From Rebecca billardiae RCC1528 (taxonomy: Eukaryota > Protista > Haptophyta), in assembly GCA_965240325.2 (NCBI GenBank), contig OZ251227.1:372001-436000 (forward strand): 64,000 nucleotides of DNA, read 5' to 3'. The notes beneath the pieces were generated by a model that was not told where the DNA came from, did not search any database, and saw nothing but the letters and a program-made list of their open reading frames with translations. Made by a program: the position numbers and the translations under genes. This document shows, piece after piece, positions 1 to 12,590 of the stretch. Positions within the stretch are counted from its first letter, which is position 1; each line of letters begins with the position of its first letter.

Positions 1-786
1 CAGTGGCCCGGTGGGCGCCCCCGCCGGCCGCATCAGCCGGCGGTACCAGCTGCTGAGCACGCGCTCGCTCTCGGCGCCCAGCGGCCAGACGGCGAGGAGC
101 TTGCGCCCGAGGAAGTTCTTGCCAAGGTTCGACCAGTTCACCTGGTCCACGTGCACCGACGAGCCCGTGCCCGCCGCGCCGACGAAGACGTGGCCGCGGT
201 CCCACGAGGGCATGGCGCACACGGCGGCGGCACTCAGCACGTCCTGCGCGTCGCGCGAGAGGAGCGTGCGCGAGCGCTCGTCGAGGGTGCACGGGTGCTT
301 GCGCTTGCGCGTGCGCGAGAGCTCGGCGATGTACAGCCCGCCCGTCGCGGCGACCCCCGCCTCGGCGCCGTCCACCGCACGCTCGGCCGGTGGCGCGTCG
401 GGGTCGTCAAAGTCTGTCGCCGAGCGCAGCTTCTCGCCGAGTGTGCGCAAAAGCTTGCCGTCGCGGTCGCGCTTGAGCGTGCGCTCGCGCCCGGCAGTGT
501 TCCAGTAGTACACGCGCCCGTCCAACCGGTCCACCGCCTCCTCGCCAAGCTCGCGCACGAAGCCCGCGATGCCTGCGCCGCGCCGAGCGGCCGCGCGCAC
601 GTCGCGCCGCACCGACGCCTCGAGCCCAAGGGCCTTGAGCCCGCCGCGCAACACGATCACGTCGTCGACGTGGCGCTCGTAGAACAGGGCGCGAGCGAGC
701 GCGGCGGCGTCGGGCACGACACGCGCCGCTTTGCCCGGGTGCTGTCGCAGCAGCGCCTCGACCTGCGCGTCCACGTCCTCGGCCAT
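1..786 (-). CDS. JmjC/cupin-like 2-oxoglutarate oxygenase (3' end runs off the window)
   Basis: Own translation from ATG at 786 (MAEDVDAQVEALL...) is open to position 1 and contains HVFVGAAGTGSSVHVDQVNWSNLGKNFLGRKLLAVWP, matching the JmjC G..S..HxD...N.....GRK pattern. Absent from the ORF track because no stop lies in the window. Confidence 0.75.
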   Translation of the reverse strand, partial: MAEDVDAQVEALLRQHPGKAARVVPDAAALARALFYERHVDDVIVLRGGLKALGLEASVRRDVRAAARRGAGIAGFVRELGEEAVDRLDGRVYYWNTAGRERTLKRDRDGKLLRTLGEKLRSATDFDDPDAPPAERAVDGAEAGVAATGGLYIAELSRTRKRKHPCTLDERSRTLLSRDAQDVLSAAAVCAMPSWDRGHVFVGAAGTGSSVHVDQVNWSNLGKNFLGRKLLAVWPLGAESERVLSSWYRRLMRPAGAPTGPL

Positions 787-1322
787 CGTCTTCCAGATGC
801 GCGGTTTGCCCTGGCATTTATTGTAGGCCCTTTTTGTAATAAGCAAATTTCAGATAGATTTTCGGCGGCGTGCGATTTATTTATTCGACCGACGAGCTGA
901 TGAACCATCTGCCCCATTCTGCGCACCCGCCGGCAGGCTGCAGCAGTGTGAATTACGACTGATCTCGCCTGCCTGAGCTGTGTGCGTCTCTTATTCTTAG
1001 TAAACTGTAAACTGTATCATACGGTTTTTCTGAATTTCGCGTGCTGCGCGCATCATCATGCATGCCCATCGAGGCCGGCGGTCAACAAACACAGTGCATA
1101 CTGCATGCCCTACCAACGTCCTTTCACTAGTTAGGTCCTTTCACCTTTGTCCATCGCCCGGTCTGCCATGACCCTGACCGCGTGCGCGCATTGCATATCA
1201 GAGATTCAGAGTCATAGAACTCCTATACATCTAAGAGTCTGCTACGACGGCAGCAGCTCAGTCAAATCCGTAGCCCAGTCCGCAGTCGGAATCCGAATGG
1301 TCGGGCAGTCGTTCGTCACAGC

Positions 1323-2450
1323 TCACGACGCAAACGCTCCGTCCAGCAGCTGCTCGTGCATCGAGCGGTAGCCGTTGGCGATGTCTGCGACAAAGTCGTC
1401 GTCACGCCAAAGAGGCATCCCGATGCGCAGCTGGTCGAGCAGGTGTGCAAGCAGGCTATTTTCCGTCCAGAAGTCCGCCGCGTGCTGGTTGACGATGCGC
1501 GCGACCGGCCTGCCACCGAACCGCTCGGCACGCGGCGTGGGCGCGAGGTTGGCGTAGCCGCCATCGACGACTGCGTGGCTGCGGAAGCGCACAAACGGCC
1601 GATCGACGATGTTGAACGGGATGGTGCCACTCGCGGTCAGCGCGTGCAGCAGCTCGTCCACGTCGGCGAAGGAGGACACCAGCCACGACGGCGCCGGTGC
1701 GAACGGCCGCGTGAGCGCAATGTGGAGCTGGCCGTCAAGCGCGCGCACGCCGTCCGCGCCGGTTGGGAGGTGGGCGCGGAAGATGCGGAGTAGCCGCGGC
1801 CACATCTCCCAAGCGCGCCCGGCGAGCGCGATGCGCCGCGCGTTCGCGCCCATCTCGAGCTCACCCTGCACGACGCTCGCGCACACCGCACGCACGGCTG
1901 CCACGCGCGCCTCCGCGCTGAGGCGCAGCGACGGCGCGAGCATCGCGGCGATGGGCGCCCCGGTCGAGCAGCCGTACAGCTGCGTGTCGTTGGCAAGCAG
2001 ATCGTGCTGCGCGAGGTAATACAGCTGGCCAAAGTAGCCGGTGACCTTGTGCCCGCCGCCGGCGAACGCCGCTGCCCCGACGCGCGGCATGCCCAAACGC
2101 GGGGCGAGGGGCTTGCCCTCCGCATCGTGCAGGCTGTCGCAAGCGTCGAAGGCGCGGCGCATGATGTGCTCGGCACGCGTGCGATCGCCTTCGTCCCAGT
2201 CCCGGCTGAGTGTCGAGGGCCCGATCAGCCGCGCGGCCGCGTTCACGAGTGGCATGGCTGCCGACATGGGTGCGAATGCGATGAACGTGCACAGCCAGTA
2301 CACAAAGACGGCCGGCTGGGGCAAGTCGGGAGGGCAGCCCGCCGAGGCTGCGTCGATCACGTCGGCTGGTGTGGGCTCCGCGCGGAGCAGGGCCGCCAAT
2401 AGGACGCCGACCCAGGCCGCCACCAGCGCGGTGACGATGGGCGCGCGCAT
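1323..2450 (-). CDS. Patatin-like phospholipase with N-terminal hydrophobic segments
   Basis: FAGGGHKVTG (oxyanion loop), GCSTG (GxSxG) and VDGG motifs in the expected order. ATG at 2450 gives MRAPIVTALVAAWVGVLLAALL. Confidence 0.85.
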   Translation of the reverse strand: MRAPIVTALVAAWVGVLLAALLRAEPTPADVIDAASAGCPPDLPQPAVFVYWLCTFIAFAPMSAAMPLVNAAARLIGPSTLSRDWDEGDRTRAEHIMRRAFDACDSLHDAEGKPLAPRLGMPRVGAAAFAGGGHKVTGYFGQLYYLAQHDLLANDTQLYGCSTGAPIAAMLAPSLRLSAEARVAAVRAVCASVVQGELEMGANARRIALAGRAWEMWPRLLRIFRAHLPTGADGVRALDGQLHIALTRPFAPAPSWLVSSFADVDELLHALTASGTIPFNIVDRPFVRFRSHAVVDGGYANLAPTPRAERFGGRPVARIVNQHAADFWTENSLLAHLLDQLRIGMPLWRDDDFVADIANGYRSMHEQLLDGAFAS

Positions 2451-2958
2451 GCAGACGCCTGGGGCGCAGCTCGCCTTGAGAGGTTTCACGGGGAGCCGCG
2501 GGCCGCCATCGTTGTCGTTGTCGTCTGCCCTCAACTTTGCCTAGTTATATCAGTAACTAGCCGACGCAGTCGCAGAGCTGCTACAGCCTACAGCATTGGC
2601 GTCATGTACTACGACTAGCTTACGTCTACTAGTTACAAGACAGAGTAAGAATGTAGCTACTACTGGCTAGCCCGCAGGCTTCGCTGTCGAGTGTCGATGC
2701 CAGTGTCGCACTTCTTGAGACTCTGAGGCCGTCTCGTCTGGCTCTGCGGACGCGGTGCCGCGCTCGACCGCTCGTCATCTATCTTTATAGTTTACTACTT
2801 TATTCCGAATAATTCCGATGAAGACTGATAGTGATACTACATCAATCTAATAGTAAATAGTACGTAATTCGCCGCCATCAGGGCCACTACCAGTAGTCAT
2901 CAGTCATGAGTCCGCAGTGACCGGGGCCGCCATGATATATGCGCGCGGACTGAATTTT

Positions 2959-5086
2959 ATATGACCGCGTTCCGCGGTCCTTTTCCGTAGAACCAACGCA
3001 GTTGGGGGCCCGCGGCGCAGTGGTTGAGAATGAGACCGTGACGTCGTCAATCCGCACGGTCTGGCGTCTGCCTGGCAGTCAGACAGGCCGAGCCGCACCG
3101 TCTCGGAGAGTGAGTGAGAGTCAGACCCGTCCGTCGGACTCGCGGCGCGTGAATGGGCGCGCCGACGGCCAAGGGTGGCACGGGACACCAGCGGACGGGC
3201 CGCGCGGGGAAGCGGGGCGGCGCGCGCGCAGGGCGAGAGGCGCGGACGGGCCGCGCGGGGAAGCGGGGCGGCGCGCGTGCAGGGCGAGAGGCGCCGCGCG
3301 GCGCGGGCCGGCGCGTGCGCGCGCGCGCGCGCACCTGCTAGAGGTGCTCGCGCTGCGCCATGCGCTCGACGAAGGGCCGCTGGTCGCTCAGCCGGCGCGC
3401 CTCGGGCCGGCATAGCGAGAGCGCGCGCCACTGCTGCCCGCCCACGCTGCGCAGCCACGCGCAGACCGAGCGGAGCTCGGGGTGGGACGAAGCGAGTGGC
3501 GTGTCGCGCCCGCCGCCAGGCGCACGCGTGCCCTGCTCCGCACCGCGCCGCCGTGCTCGCCCGCCGCCTGCTCCGCCGCGTCGGCCTCGAGGATGGCGGC
3601 GGCCAGCGGCAGGCTGAGCGGCGCGCGCTCGCCCACCGTAGCTTCGAGGGCCGTCCACACCTGCTCGAGCTGCTGCAGGGCGTGGACAAGGGCAGCGCGC
3701 GCGCCCAGCGGGCAGCGCATCCGTGCCGCGTGACGCAGCGCGTCGAGCTCGGCGTCTCGCTTCGCCAGCTCGGCGCCCAGCGCCTCTGCGCGCACGCGTC
3801 GAGCTCGGCGTCGCGCTTTGCCAGCTCGGCGCCCAGCGCCTTCACGCGCACGTGCTCGTGTATCTGCGCGCGCACGGCCTGCGCGCCGCCGCCCATCTGC
3901 GCGCGCAGACTCGGACTCGTCGCGGCTGGCTGCTAGGGAGTGCTAGGGTGCGCGCCGCGTAGTCGATGGCCAAGGCCTGCAGCCAGCGCGCCTGCACCGA
4001 GAAAAGAAGGCGCGGCACGCGCGCTATAACCCAGTCCACGCAGACACGCGAGCGCGTGCTGGAGCGGCGCGCCGGGGCAACCGTCCACGTCGGCCGCGCG
4101 GGAGCCGCAGGTACTCTCGCGTGCCTGCGCGACGCAGCGCGCACGCACAGCGAAACGGGCGCGGGGTAGAATTCAGGAGAGCGCCGCCGCCCGCGCACCA
4201 CCCCACCGAGAGTGCGCACATGCGCACGCCACGACATGGCACGACATGGCGCACGAGTCGGACGCAACGCCCGACAGACAGAAGCCTTCGAAAATCCGCG
4301 CGCGCCCGCAAACGCGGCCGCGCGCGCGGGCGGGCGCGCGGGCGTGCGTGCGCCACCCGCGCGGGAGGCGCCCGCGGCCGCGCGGGCGGCGCGCGCGCGG
4401 CGCGCGCTCCGCGCGGTCGTCCACACCGATGGCGGTCGATCGAGGGCGACGAGGGCTCGCCCCGTTTTGGAGCGAGCGCGTGCCGCGCGCCCCCTGGCAC
4501 CCAACTGGGTATGATAATACCCACAATTACCCAAAATGACCTTATGCCCCCAACACCGTTAGCGAGCCAATGTACTGATATGATAGACTGAACGAGAGTA
4601 CCCACAATTACCCAATATACTCCAGTAGTGAATACGACCCCGACGAAGCCAATATATATATCGGTTGGTTACTTCACTGATCCCGTAAGGACGTGCAAAA
4701 ATAGCCTCAAAGAAGTGGTGGTTGGTTGGGGGCTGGCCAGGGTAGGGCTGGAGGCTTCGGCCGCCAGTCTGATCACCCGGAGCCCATTATAAAGGGGAAT
4801 TTAGGAGAAGCTGACGCTTGTATTGGACTTGTAACCGTCCTACTTCACACAGAAGTGAACTCTCACGCCCGGCCGTCCACGATTGATTAGGGGAATGTCG
4901 TGGACGCGGTTTTTTTCTCCGTGATGCATCTGTAGAGAGGGTCTCAAAATTCGAAACTCGGTCTCCGCCAGCCCTAAAAATCGGCCCCCGCGTCCCTTTT
5001 TCTTGATCAAAGATCTTTTTGAAACGTGGTTCCGGCCCGCTGGTGCGGGCTCCACGCTGCGCGCTCCGCCCTGCACCGCGGGCCAT
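2959..5086 (-). mobile_element. Non-autonomous hairpin-ended element, copy A (Helitron2/Helentron-like)
   Basis: Begins ATATGACCGCGTTCCGCGGTCCTTTTCCGTAGAAC and ends ...CTGCACCGCGGGCCAT. Both termini are identical in three other copies. The interior is homologous to copy C. Confidence 0.85.
3338..3900 (-). pseudogene. Degenerate coiled-coil gene fragment carried inside element A
   Basis: Frame-disrupted pieces ALGAELAKRDAELDA (duplicated), LSLPLAAAILEADAAEQAAGEHGGAV and QWRALSLCRPEARRLSDQRPFVERMAQREHL*. The last two also occur in copy C. Confidence 0.5.
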
Positions 5087-5307
5087 CAGTAGTCGTCTTA
5101 TATATATGTATATTATTATAACTACTAGTGTAGCATCAGTACTGGCCCGTACTCGGTACTGCTGCGTCTGCTGCTGCATGTGCAGGTCTGACAGCAGGAC
5201 GCGCGCCCTCGCATCAGCCGCGCTGACGAGCATTGACAGCGCATCGAGCCGGAGCGCGTCCGTATCGCGGGCACGTAGCTCATGATGTCGGCGGGGCCAA
5301 CGCTGCC

Positions 5308-8300
5308 TCAACGGCCCGCCGCACCCGCCGCGGCAGGCTCCTCGTCGGTACTCTCCCCGAGCACTGGCGGTGCCGGCGCGAGGCCGAGCGCGATTGCGTC
5401 CGCGAAGAGCCTGTCTCGCGCCGTGCGCCGCTCGCGCTGGATGGCAGCAGTGCTCCCCTCCGCCAGCTCGGCGCACTCCTCGAGCCGAGCGATGAGCTCG
5501 GCGCTCGAGCTATCGCGCCGCGGCGCGGCGCGCAGCTCGTTGATCACCGCCTCCACCGCGCTCGCATCTGTGAGGCACTTGCACGCACCCGGCGGCAGCG
5601 GCGGCGCGGCTGGAGATCGCGGAGTGGCGCCGGCCGCCGCCGCCGGCTGCGCGCCGGGCCTGCCGCCTGCGGCCGCCTTACCGGCGGCGGCTGCTGAGGG
5701 CTTGGCGGCGGGCACGGCGGCCTTGGATGCGGCCATCGACTCGAGCGTGCTGCGCGCCGTCGAGTTGCGCCGAGCTCGGCTCGGCGCTCGGCTGGGCGCG
5801 GTCTTGGACGTGAGCGCTGAGGGCGCGCTGTCAGCAGCGCGCGAGTCGCCGTCAGAGGCGCACGCGCCGTTGGCCGCCGGCGCGGCCGCCGGCGCGGCCG
5901 CTGGCGCGAGCGCGCGCTTGGGCGCCTCCGCGGGCGCGGCCGCCGGCTGTGGCGCCGCGTCGCCGTTCGGTGGCGGGGTCCCCTCTCCCTGGCTCCCCTC
6001 TCCCTCCGCGCCTTCCTCGCCCCGGCCGGCCGGCGCGCCCTCGTCCCCGCCCTCGTCCTCGTCCTCCTCGTCCTCTGAGGCTGAGCACAGGGCCTCGCGC
6101 TGCGCGCTGCTGTCCGCGGCACGCACGTGCGGCCAGCGCGCGGCCAGCCTGAACACGCGCTGCTCGAGCTGCTCCGCGCGGAAGAAGGCGGTGCCGGAGC
6201 GCGCGTCCACGCCGAGGAAGGCCATGCGGGCGGAAGACTTGTCCTCCAGGCCGGCTGGGTGCGCGGGAGGGGGCAAGGGCGCAGCGCGTCAGCTCACGGC
6301 GCGGGCTGCGCGCGCGGCGAAGGGCGATCGGGCAGCGCACGCGACCCGCGCGCCAAAGCGGCGCGCGCACAGCGGGCGCGCGCACCGACGGCAGCGCTCA
6401 GCGCCGGGCGGCGCCGCGCGAGGACGACTTCGCACAGCAGCAGCAGCAGGTGCGCGCGCGCGCGCAGGCTGAGGGCGCCGTACGCGCAAGCGGGGCGCGC
6501 GCCGCCGTCGGCCTCCGCATCCACGGGCAGCAGGCAGCCCGCCGGCAGGCCGCGCGTGCGCCCCCGCGCCTCCGCGCGCGCGCTCAGCGCCGCGTCGGGC
6601 CGCGCGAGCCAGCTGAAGAGCCCCGCGTGCGTGCCACCGACCGCTCGGCCCACGCCGCCACTGCCGGCGCTGCTGCTGCTGCTGCTGCTGCCGCCGCTGC
6701 CGCCGCCGCCGCCGCCGCGGCCTTGGCGGCGGGACGAGCCGCCTGCGCCGCTGGTGCCGCCGCCACCACCACCACCACCACCCTCCTCCTCGCCCTCGGA
6801 GCCGTCCGCACTCGACTCCTCGTCGTCGTCATCGCCCTCGTCGGCCGCGCTGAGCGCGCGCTCGTGCGCCTCGAGCAGCCAGTCGGCCAGCGCGCTCTCG
6901 ACACGCGCGTGCGCGGAGGCGAGCACGCCGGACGGCTCGGCACTGCCCGCGGGCGCGCCCGCGGGCGGCTCGCGCGCGCCGCCCGCGCGCAGGCTGGCCA
7001 CGTGCGCATCCAGCTCGCGCGCGCTCGGCACCGCGGCCGCGACGCGGCGCGAGCCCGCGGCGCGCAGCAGCGCCGCGTGTACGCGCAGCCACACGGCCGA
7101 CGCTCGCGGCACGGCGATCGCGAGCTCGAGCTCGGCGAGCGACGGAGGGCTCGGCCCGAGCCCCGGCAGGCCCCCGTGCGCCGTGCTGAGGAAGATGGCC
7201 GCCGCGGGCAGCTCGACACGCGAGCGCAGCCGCCGCAGCGCGCGCGCCGGCGCGCGCGCCTGCACCCACGCCTCCGCTGCGAGCGAGTCGGACTCGCGCT
7301 GCTGCCGGCGCAGCCGCTCAGCGCGGCGCTCCTCCTCCTCCAGCTGCTGCGCGACGAGCTGCAGCGTCGTCTTCGGCACGTCGACCGCGATGCCGCGCCG
7401 CGCAGAGCGCCGCTTGCCGCCGGACGACTCGTCGGCCCCGTCCGCGCTGCCGTCCGCGGCGCCGGGCGCGGACGCCGCGGCGCCGTCGCCGCTCAGGTGC
7501 ATGGCGGCGAGGCTGAGCGCCTCCTTCAGCCGGCGCGGCAGCATGGCCACCTGCCGCTCGAGGCCCTCGTCCAGCCTGAACGCCGCGCGCGAGACCGCCG
7601 AGCCGCTCGGCACGCCGTGCGAGCGGTACACCCCCGCCAGGAAGGCGCGCAGCTCAGCCACGAACGCGGACAGGCGCGGGTGCGCGCCCGCGCACACGCG
7701 CGCGCAGAGCGCGCGGAGCAAGGGCGCCGTGTCCTGCGCGAGCGGGCGGCGTGGCGTGGGCGGCGCGCGCGAGGCGCGCGCACGAAGCCGGCTCAGCCTC
7801 GCGCCGCACCCGGCGCGCTGCCCGTGGCCGCTGCGTGCGCCGCGTGCCGAGGCCGTCGCTCGGGCGGCCCGAGGCGCGCGGCGCGAGGGACGGGCGGGCA
7901 CGCACCTGCGCCTGGAGGAGGGCCTGGATGTACATGGGCGGGTTGGCGATTGCGCGCATGATGAGCAGCGCCGTCATCCCGTCCTCGCTCAGCTCGACCC
8001 CGTCGTCCACCTGGAGGCGGAGCGGCGCAGGCGACGCCGGCTGCGCCGGCTGAGCTGGCGCGCATGCGGCCGCGGTGCCCGCTTGCGGATCCTTGGCGCG
8101 CTTGCCGGGGCGCGCGGGCAGGTCCGGGGCGTTCGGATCCGTACTCAACACCGCTGGCCCAGCGCTCGCGGCGGCTCCGCCCGCCGATCTCGCCGCATCC
8201 GTGCTGGCTCCCGCCTCGAACGCCCGCTCGGCGCTCTCAGACGCCGGCCGCTCGCGTTTTTTTTCGGCCGAAGTGGGCGCGAGCAGGTCGAGCTCGGTGG

Positions 8301-8412
8301 CACCCTTGTAGAACGCGTCGTGCATGTCGTACACGCCGTGCTGCAGGAAATTGAAGTCGACGGGCACCTTCGCGCGACGCGGGCGCGACGCCGCTGCGTC
8401 GTCAGCCGACAT
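5308..8412 (-). CDS. WHIM/WSD-motif chromatin-remodelling accessory protein (DDT-WHIM family-like), 3 exons
   Basis: ATG 8412 (MSADDAAAS). Predicted GT-AG introns 7734-7905 and 6255-6385 join the frames. YGALSLRARAHLLLLLCEVVL resembles WHIM1, RMAFLGVDARSGTAFF resembles WHIM2, and CLTDASAVEAVINEL resembles WHIM3. Confidence 0.6.
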
Positions 8413-8634
8413 CGCGGGGATCCGCAAGCGGGAACACGGGAAGAGCGCGGCGTGTTCCGGACTCAGCTGGCGAGTCCGGTGCTCATTGCTCAACGTCGGA
8501 CGCAGCCGTCCGGCTGGCTCCCAGGCGGGCGGGCGCTGCGCTTTCAGAAAACTTGGCGAGGCCGCCGAGGCGGTGCCGCGGGCGGCCGTGACCGCGAGGG
8601 GGGCTCGACAGCGCGTCCGACGAGCGCGTCCGCC
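8413..8634. promoter_or_regulatory. Putative bidirectional promoter (WHIM gene / QSOX), representative of seven such gaps
   Basis: Only 222 bp lie between divergent start codons. Confidence 0.55.
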
Positions 8635-11600
8635 ATGCGCGTGGTGCTCCTCGCCGCGCTGCTCGCGCGCGCGGTGCGGGGCGAGTCCCTGTACGCCGGC
8701 TCCAACGTGACGCAGCTCAACCGCACCAACTTTGACGCCACCATCAACGTGACCGCCCCACACCGGGTGGTGGTGGTCGAGGTGCGCGCACGCGCCCGCC
8801 CGGCGCGCGCGCGCGCGCACGTGCACGCGGAGGGCGCGTGGGCGGGGCGCGCGAGACTGCCGCTCGGCACGCGCACGACCAGGCCTGCCTCACACGCTCA
8901 CTGCCGCGTGCGCGCGCGCACCGTCCGCAGGCGTACGTCTCGTGGTGCCCGCACTGCCAGCGGATGGCGCCCGCGTACCGCCGGTTCGCGACGGAGGCGC
9001 TCCCGTGGCGCCCGTCGATCAGCGTCGCCGCGCTCGACTGCGTCGAGCACGACCACCTCTGCCGGCGCCTCAAGGTGTGGGGCTACCCCACGCTCTTCCT
9101 CTTTGGCGACGTGCGCGACACGGGCGGGCGGCACAGCGTGGCGGGCGTCGATGTGGTGCCGATCCGGCACGAGGGCGCGTTCGCGGAGGGGCACCCGGCG
9201 CGCGCGATCCACGAGCTGTGGAGCTGGGTGCTCGAGTACGCCGTGCCGCGCACCACCGTCGTCAGCACCGAGGCCGAGCTCGACGCGTTCAAGCGCGCCG
9301 CGCGCCGCGCGTCGCCGCCGCAGCCGTGCGTGCTGTTTGTGCGAGACCCGTTCACACTGCCCGCGGCGTATGCGGAGGAGGGCGGGGCGGCGGGCGGCGT
9401 GGAGGTGTCGCCGCCGCCGCCGCCGTACCCGTTCGCCCCGCTGCCCGCCGCCTCGCCGCCGCCGCCCTACGTCAAGGGCCACTTCGACTCGCAGGAGGCG
9501 TCGCCGCCGCCGCCGCCGATGGCGCACGCGCTGCCGAGCGCGACCGACGACGAGTGCGCCGCGCTCACACAGCCCGCGTGCCTGCGCGCGCCGCACAACT
9601 GCGAGCCGGTGATCGACTGCTGGAGCGAGCACTGGATCTCCAGTTGCCGCTGGTGGCACGCCGCGAAGAACTACAGCTACGACGACCTGAAGACGTGGGG
9701 GTGCGCGTGCGCGTGCCGCGCGCCGCCGCCGCCGCCGCCGCCCACGCCGCCGCCACAGCCGGCACTGCCGCCGCTGCCGCCGCCTGCGCCGCCGATGCCG
9801 CCGCACGCGGGGCGGCACGAGCGCGCGATGACGCCGCGGCACCAGCTGCGCCTGCTCAGCATGCTCGCGTACGAGCTCGCCCCGCTGCGCATCGCCGAGG
9901 TCTCCTCCGTGCGCGGCCACGCCGCGCGGCAGCTCCTCACCCACTTTGGCGTGCCGGCCGACGAGGGCGACGTGCGCGCAGCACGCGGGGCGCACGCACA
10001 CACGCGGGCGCGCGGCGCGCGGAGGCGCACGGCGCGCGCGCGGGCGGAGGGCCCGCGGGGCGGAGGGGGCGTGCGATGGAGGGGGCGGGGCGTGCTGCGC
10101 TGCGCGCCGGCGCGCCGCGCCAGGCTCACGCGCCCCGCCCCGCGCGCGCACCCCGCACGCGCCGCCGCCCGCGCCGCCGCAGCCGCGCCGGCCGACCATC
10201 GCGGCGCTACCGGCCGGCACGTCCAACGCCGAGCTGTACAAGCTGGACGGGCTGCTCACGCTGGAGGAGGTGGCGGGGTGGCTGTACAGCTTCTCGCCCT
10301 CGCGCAGGCGCGGCGGGCCGACGACCACGCCCGGCGGCGAGTTCGCCGAGCTCGAGGAGGCGGGCGGCCAGATCGGCGCGCCCGGCGGCGGCGGCGGCGG
10401 CGGCGGCGGCAAGGGCGACGGCGGCGCGTCCGCGCGCGCGGTGTGGCCCGTGCCGGCTGCGGAGCTGCGCGCGAGCGTGATGTACGCGCTCGAGGCGTGG
10501 GTCTTCGCGGGCGGCTCCTGCCTGGGCGCGCAGCAGCACCAGGACCTCGAGGCGTGGCTCAGCGCGCTGCACGCACACCTGCCGCTCGCGCGCGGCGACG
10601 CGGGCCTGCTGGCAAGTCTGAGCGCGGCCGTGCGCGCCACGCGGCTGGGCGCGCTGTGCATCGAGGCGTGGAGCGCCGAGCTGCTCGGCCCGCTGCGCAC
10701 GGCGCGCTTCGGCGAGCTGCACACCGCGCCGACGCACGGCGGCGCGCGCCCCTGGTCCGTCTGCTCCCTCGGCCCGGACTTCGAGACGTGCGCGCTGTGG
10801 CTCACCTTCCACTCGCTGCTCGCCAACGCGGCCGACGACGCGGGCGCGCGGCAGGCGCTGCGCGCGGTGCACGGGTTCGTGCGCTCCTTCTTCGGTGCGC
10901 GCGCGCGGGCGGGGCGGGGCGGGGCGGGGCGGGGCGGGGCGGGGCGGGGAGGCCGGCGCGCGCGCCTCGCGCGCGGGCCGCCCGCCGCGCTCACCCTCGC
11001 GCGCGCGCCCCCCGCGCTGCGCCCGCCGCGCTGCGCCGCGCGTGCTGCGCGCGCGCCCGCGCCGTGCAGGCTGCCACGAGTGCCAGCGCCACTTCGGGCT
11101 GATGGCGTCTGAGCTGAGGGGCTGGCTGGACGAGGCGCAGCCCAGCAAGCGCGACGTGGTGCTGTGGCTGTGGCGCGCGCACAACACGGTGAGCGTGCGG
11201 CTCAACCTCACGCTGAGCAACACCGTCGCCGCGCCCACCGGCGGCGACAGCGGCCGCGCGGACGAGGGCGCCTCCGACCACGGCGCAGCGCGAGGGCCGA
11301 GCGCGGGCTACCTCTCCGCGCTGCGCCGCATCGCCGCGGGCGCGTCGCCGCACTGGCTCTTCCCGTCGGCGCAGCAGTGCGCGGAGTGCTACACGCCGTA
11401 CGGGCTGCACGGCTACTTCCCGGACAAGCTGGACGCGTACTGCAGCACGCTCGAGCGCGAGCGGCAGGAGTGCGACCAGGGGCGCGCGGCGGGGCAGACG
11501 TTCGACGGGGCGCAGGTGTACGCGTACCTGGAGGGCGCGTACGGCCGGACGGTGGAGGAGGCGCCGGGCGGCGCGGACGCGCGCGGCGAGGAGGAGGAGC

Positions 11601-12433
11601 ACGCGCGCGGCGGGCGCTCGGCCTCCTCCTCCTCCTCCTCCTCGGCGCACGGCTCGCACGGCTCCCGCGACGCCGGCCGCTCGTGGGGGCGGAGGCGGGG
11701 CACGGGCGGCGCGCCGCGGCCGCCGCTGCTGCCCGCGCCGTACCTCGGCAGCGCCGACCGCGCCGCGGGCAAGCACGGCACGCCCTTCGCCGCCGTGCTG
11801 CTCGTCGCCATGCTGCTCGGGGCCCTGCTCGGCCTGGGCCTCCTGCTGCGCCGCCGGCTGCGCGCGCTGCGCCCCGTGGCGGCCGTGCGCGCGCGCGCCG
11901 CGGCGGCGGGCGGCCGCTTCCGCGCCATCGCCGCCGTGAGCGAGGGGGAGGAGGACCACCTCGGAGGGGCGGGCGGCGGGGGCGCGCGGCCGCGGCAGGG
12001 CAGCGGGGGCGGCAAGCTCGCGAGCCCGAGCGCGCTGCTGCCCGCAGCCATCACCGGTGGCGCCGGCGGCGCGCGCTGGAGCCCCCTCGACGACGCCGAG
12101 TCGGGCGTCGAGCTCTCGGGCCGCGCGCGCTACTCAGACGACGGCACGGCCACGGACGGCGAGCTCGGAGGCGGCAGCGGCGAGGCCGGCGGGCCTCGCG
12201 CGGCCGGCGGGCGCGCGGGGCCGGGCGAGGGCGCGTGGCCGCACCCGGCGGCATCGGCAGCTGCTGGCCCCGGCGACGGCAGCGGCGGGCGGGTACACGC
12301 ACGCGACGTGTTGGCCGAGTCCGGCCTGGCTGGGCCGCCGCCCGCCGGGACCGCGCCGGCGGGGCCGAGAGGCGGGGCTGGCGACGGTGGCGACCGCGCA
12401 GCAGCGGCATCAAACGATGGCATGCTGCTTTGA
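8635..12433 (+). CDS. QSOX: Quiescin sulfhydryl oxidase (thioredoxin + Erv/ALR), membrane anchored, 4 exons
   Basis: Signal peptide MRVVLLAALLARAVRG; Trx WCPHC and VWGYPTL; Erv motifs CALWLTFHSL, FFGCHECQRHF, LWLWRAHNTV and FPSAQQCAEC; C-terminal TM. Introns 8782-8930, 9972-10182 and 10895-11069 restore the frame. Confidence 0.92.
10906..10948 (+). repeat. (GGGGC)n tract in QSOX intron 3
   Basis: About 8 tandem GGGGC units read directly. Confidence 0.85.
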
Positions 12434-12590
12434 GGCGCTGCCCGCTGCCGCTGCTGATGATCCTGATACTGTTGCGACGGCCAGGATCATCGTCGACGAC
12501 CGTAGCTAGTACGGTAGATGATCACTGGGTAGATGCCTGTGACCACGCCACGCGCAATGCAACGAGTTATCTGTTAAGTGTTATGCCGTA

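Noticed and set aside
4787-5476. Recurring peptide MARGAGRSAQRGARTSGPEPRFKKIFDQEK in ORFs at ~5.0k, 53.4k and 62.3k
   Set aside because: It is the translated 5' terminus of the element. The frames diverge by indels between copies, so it is not conserved as protein.
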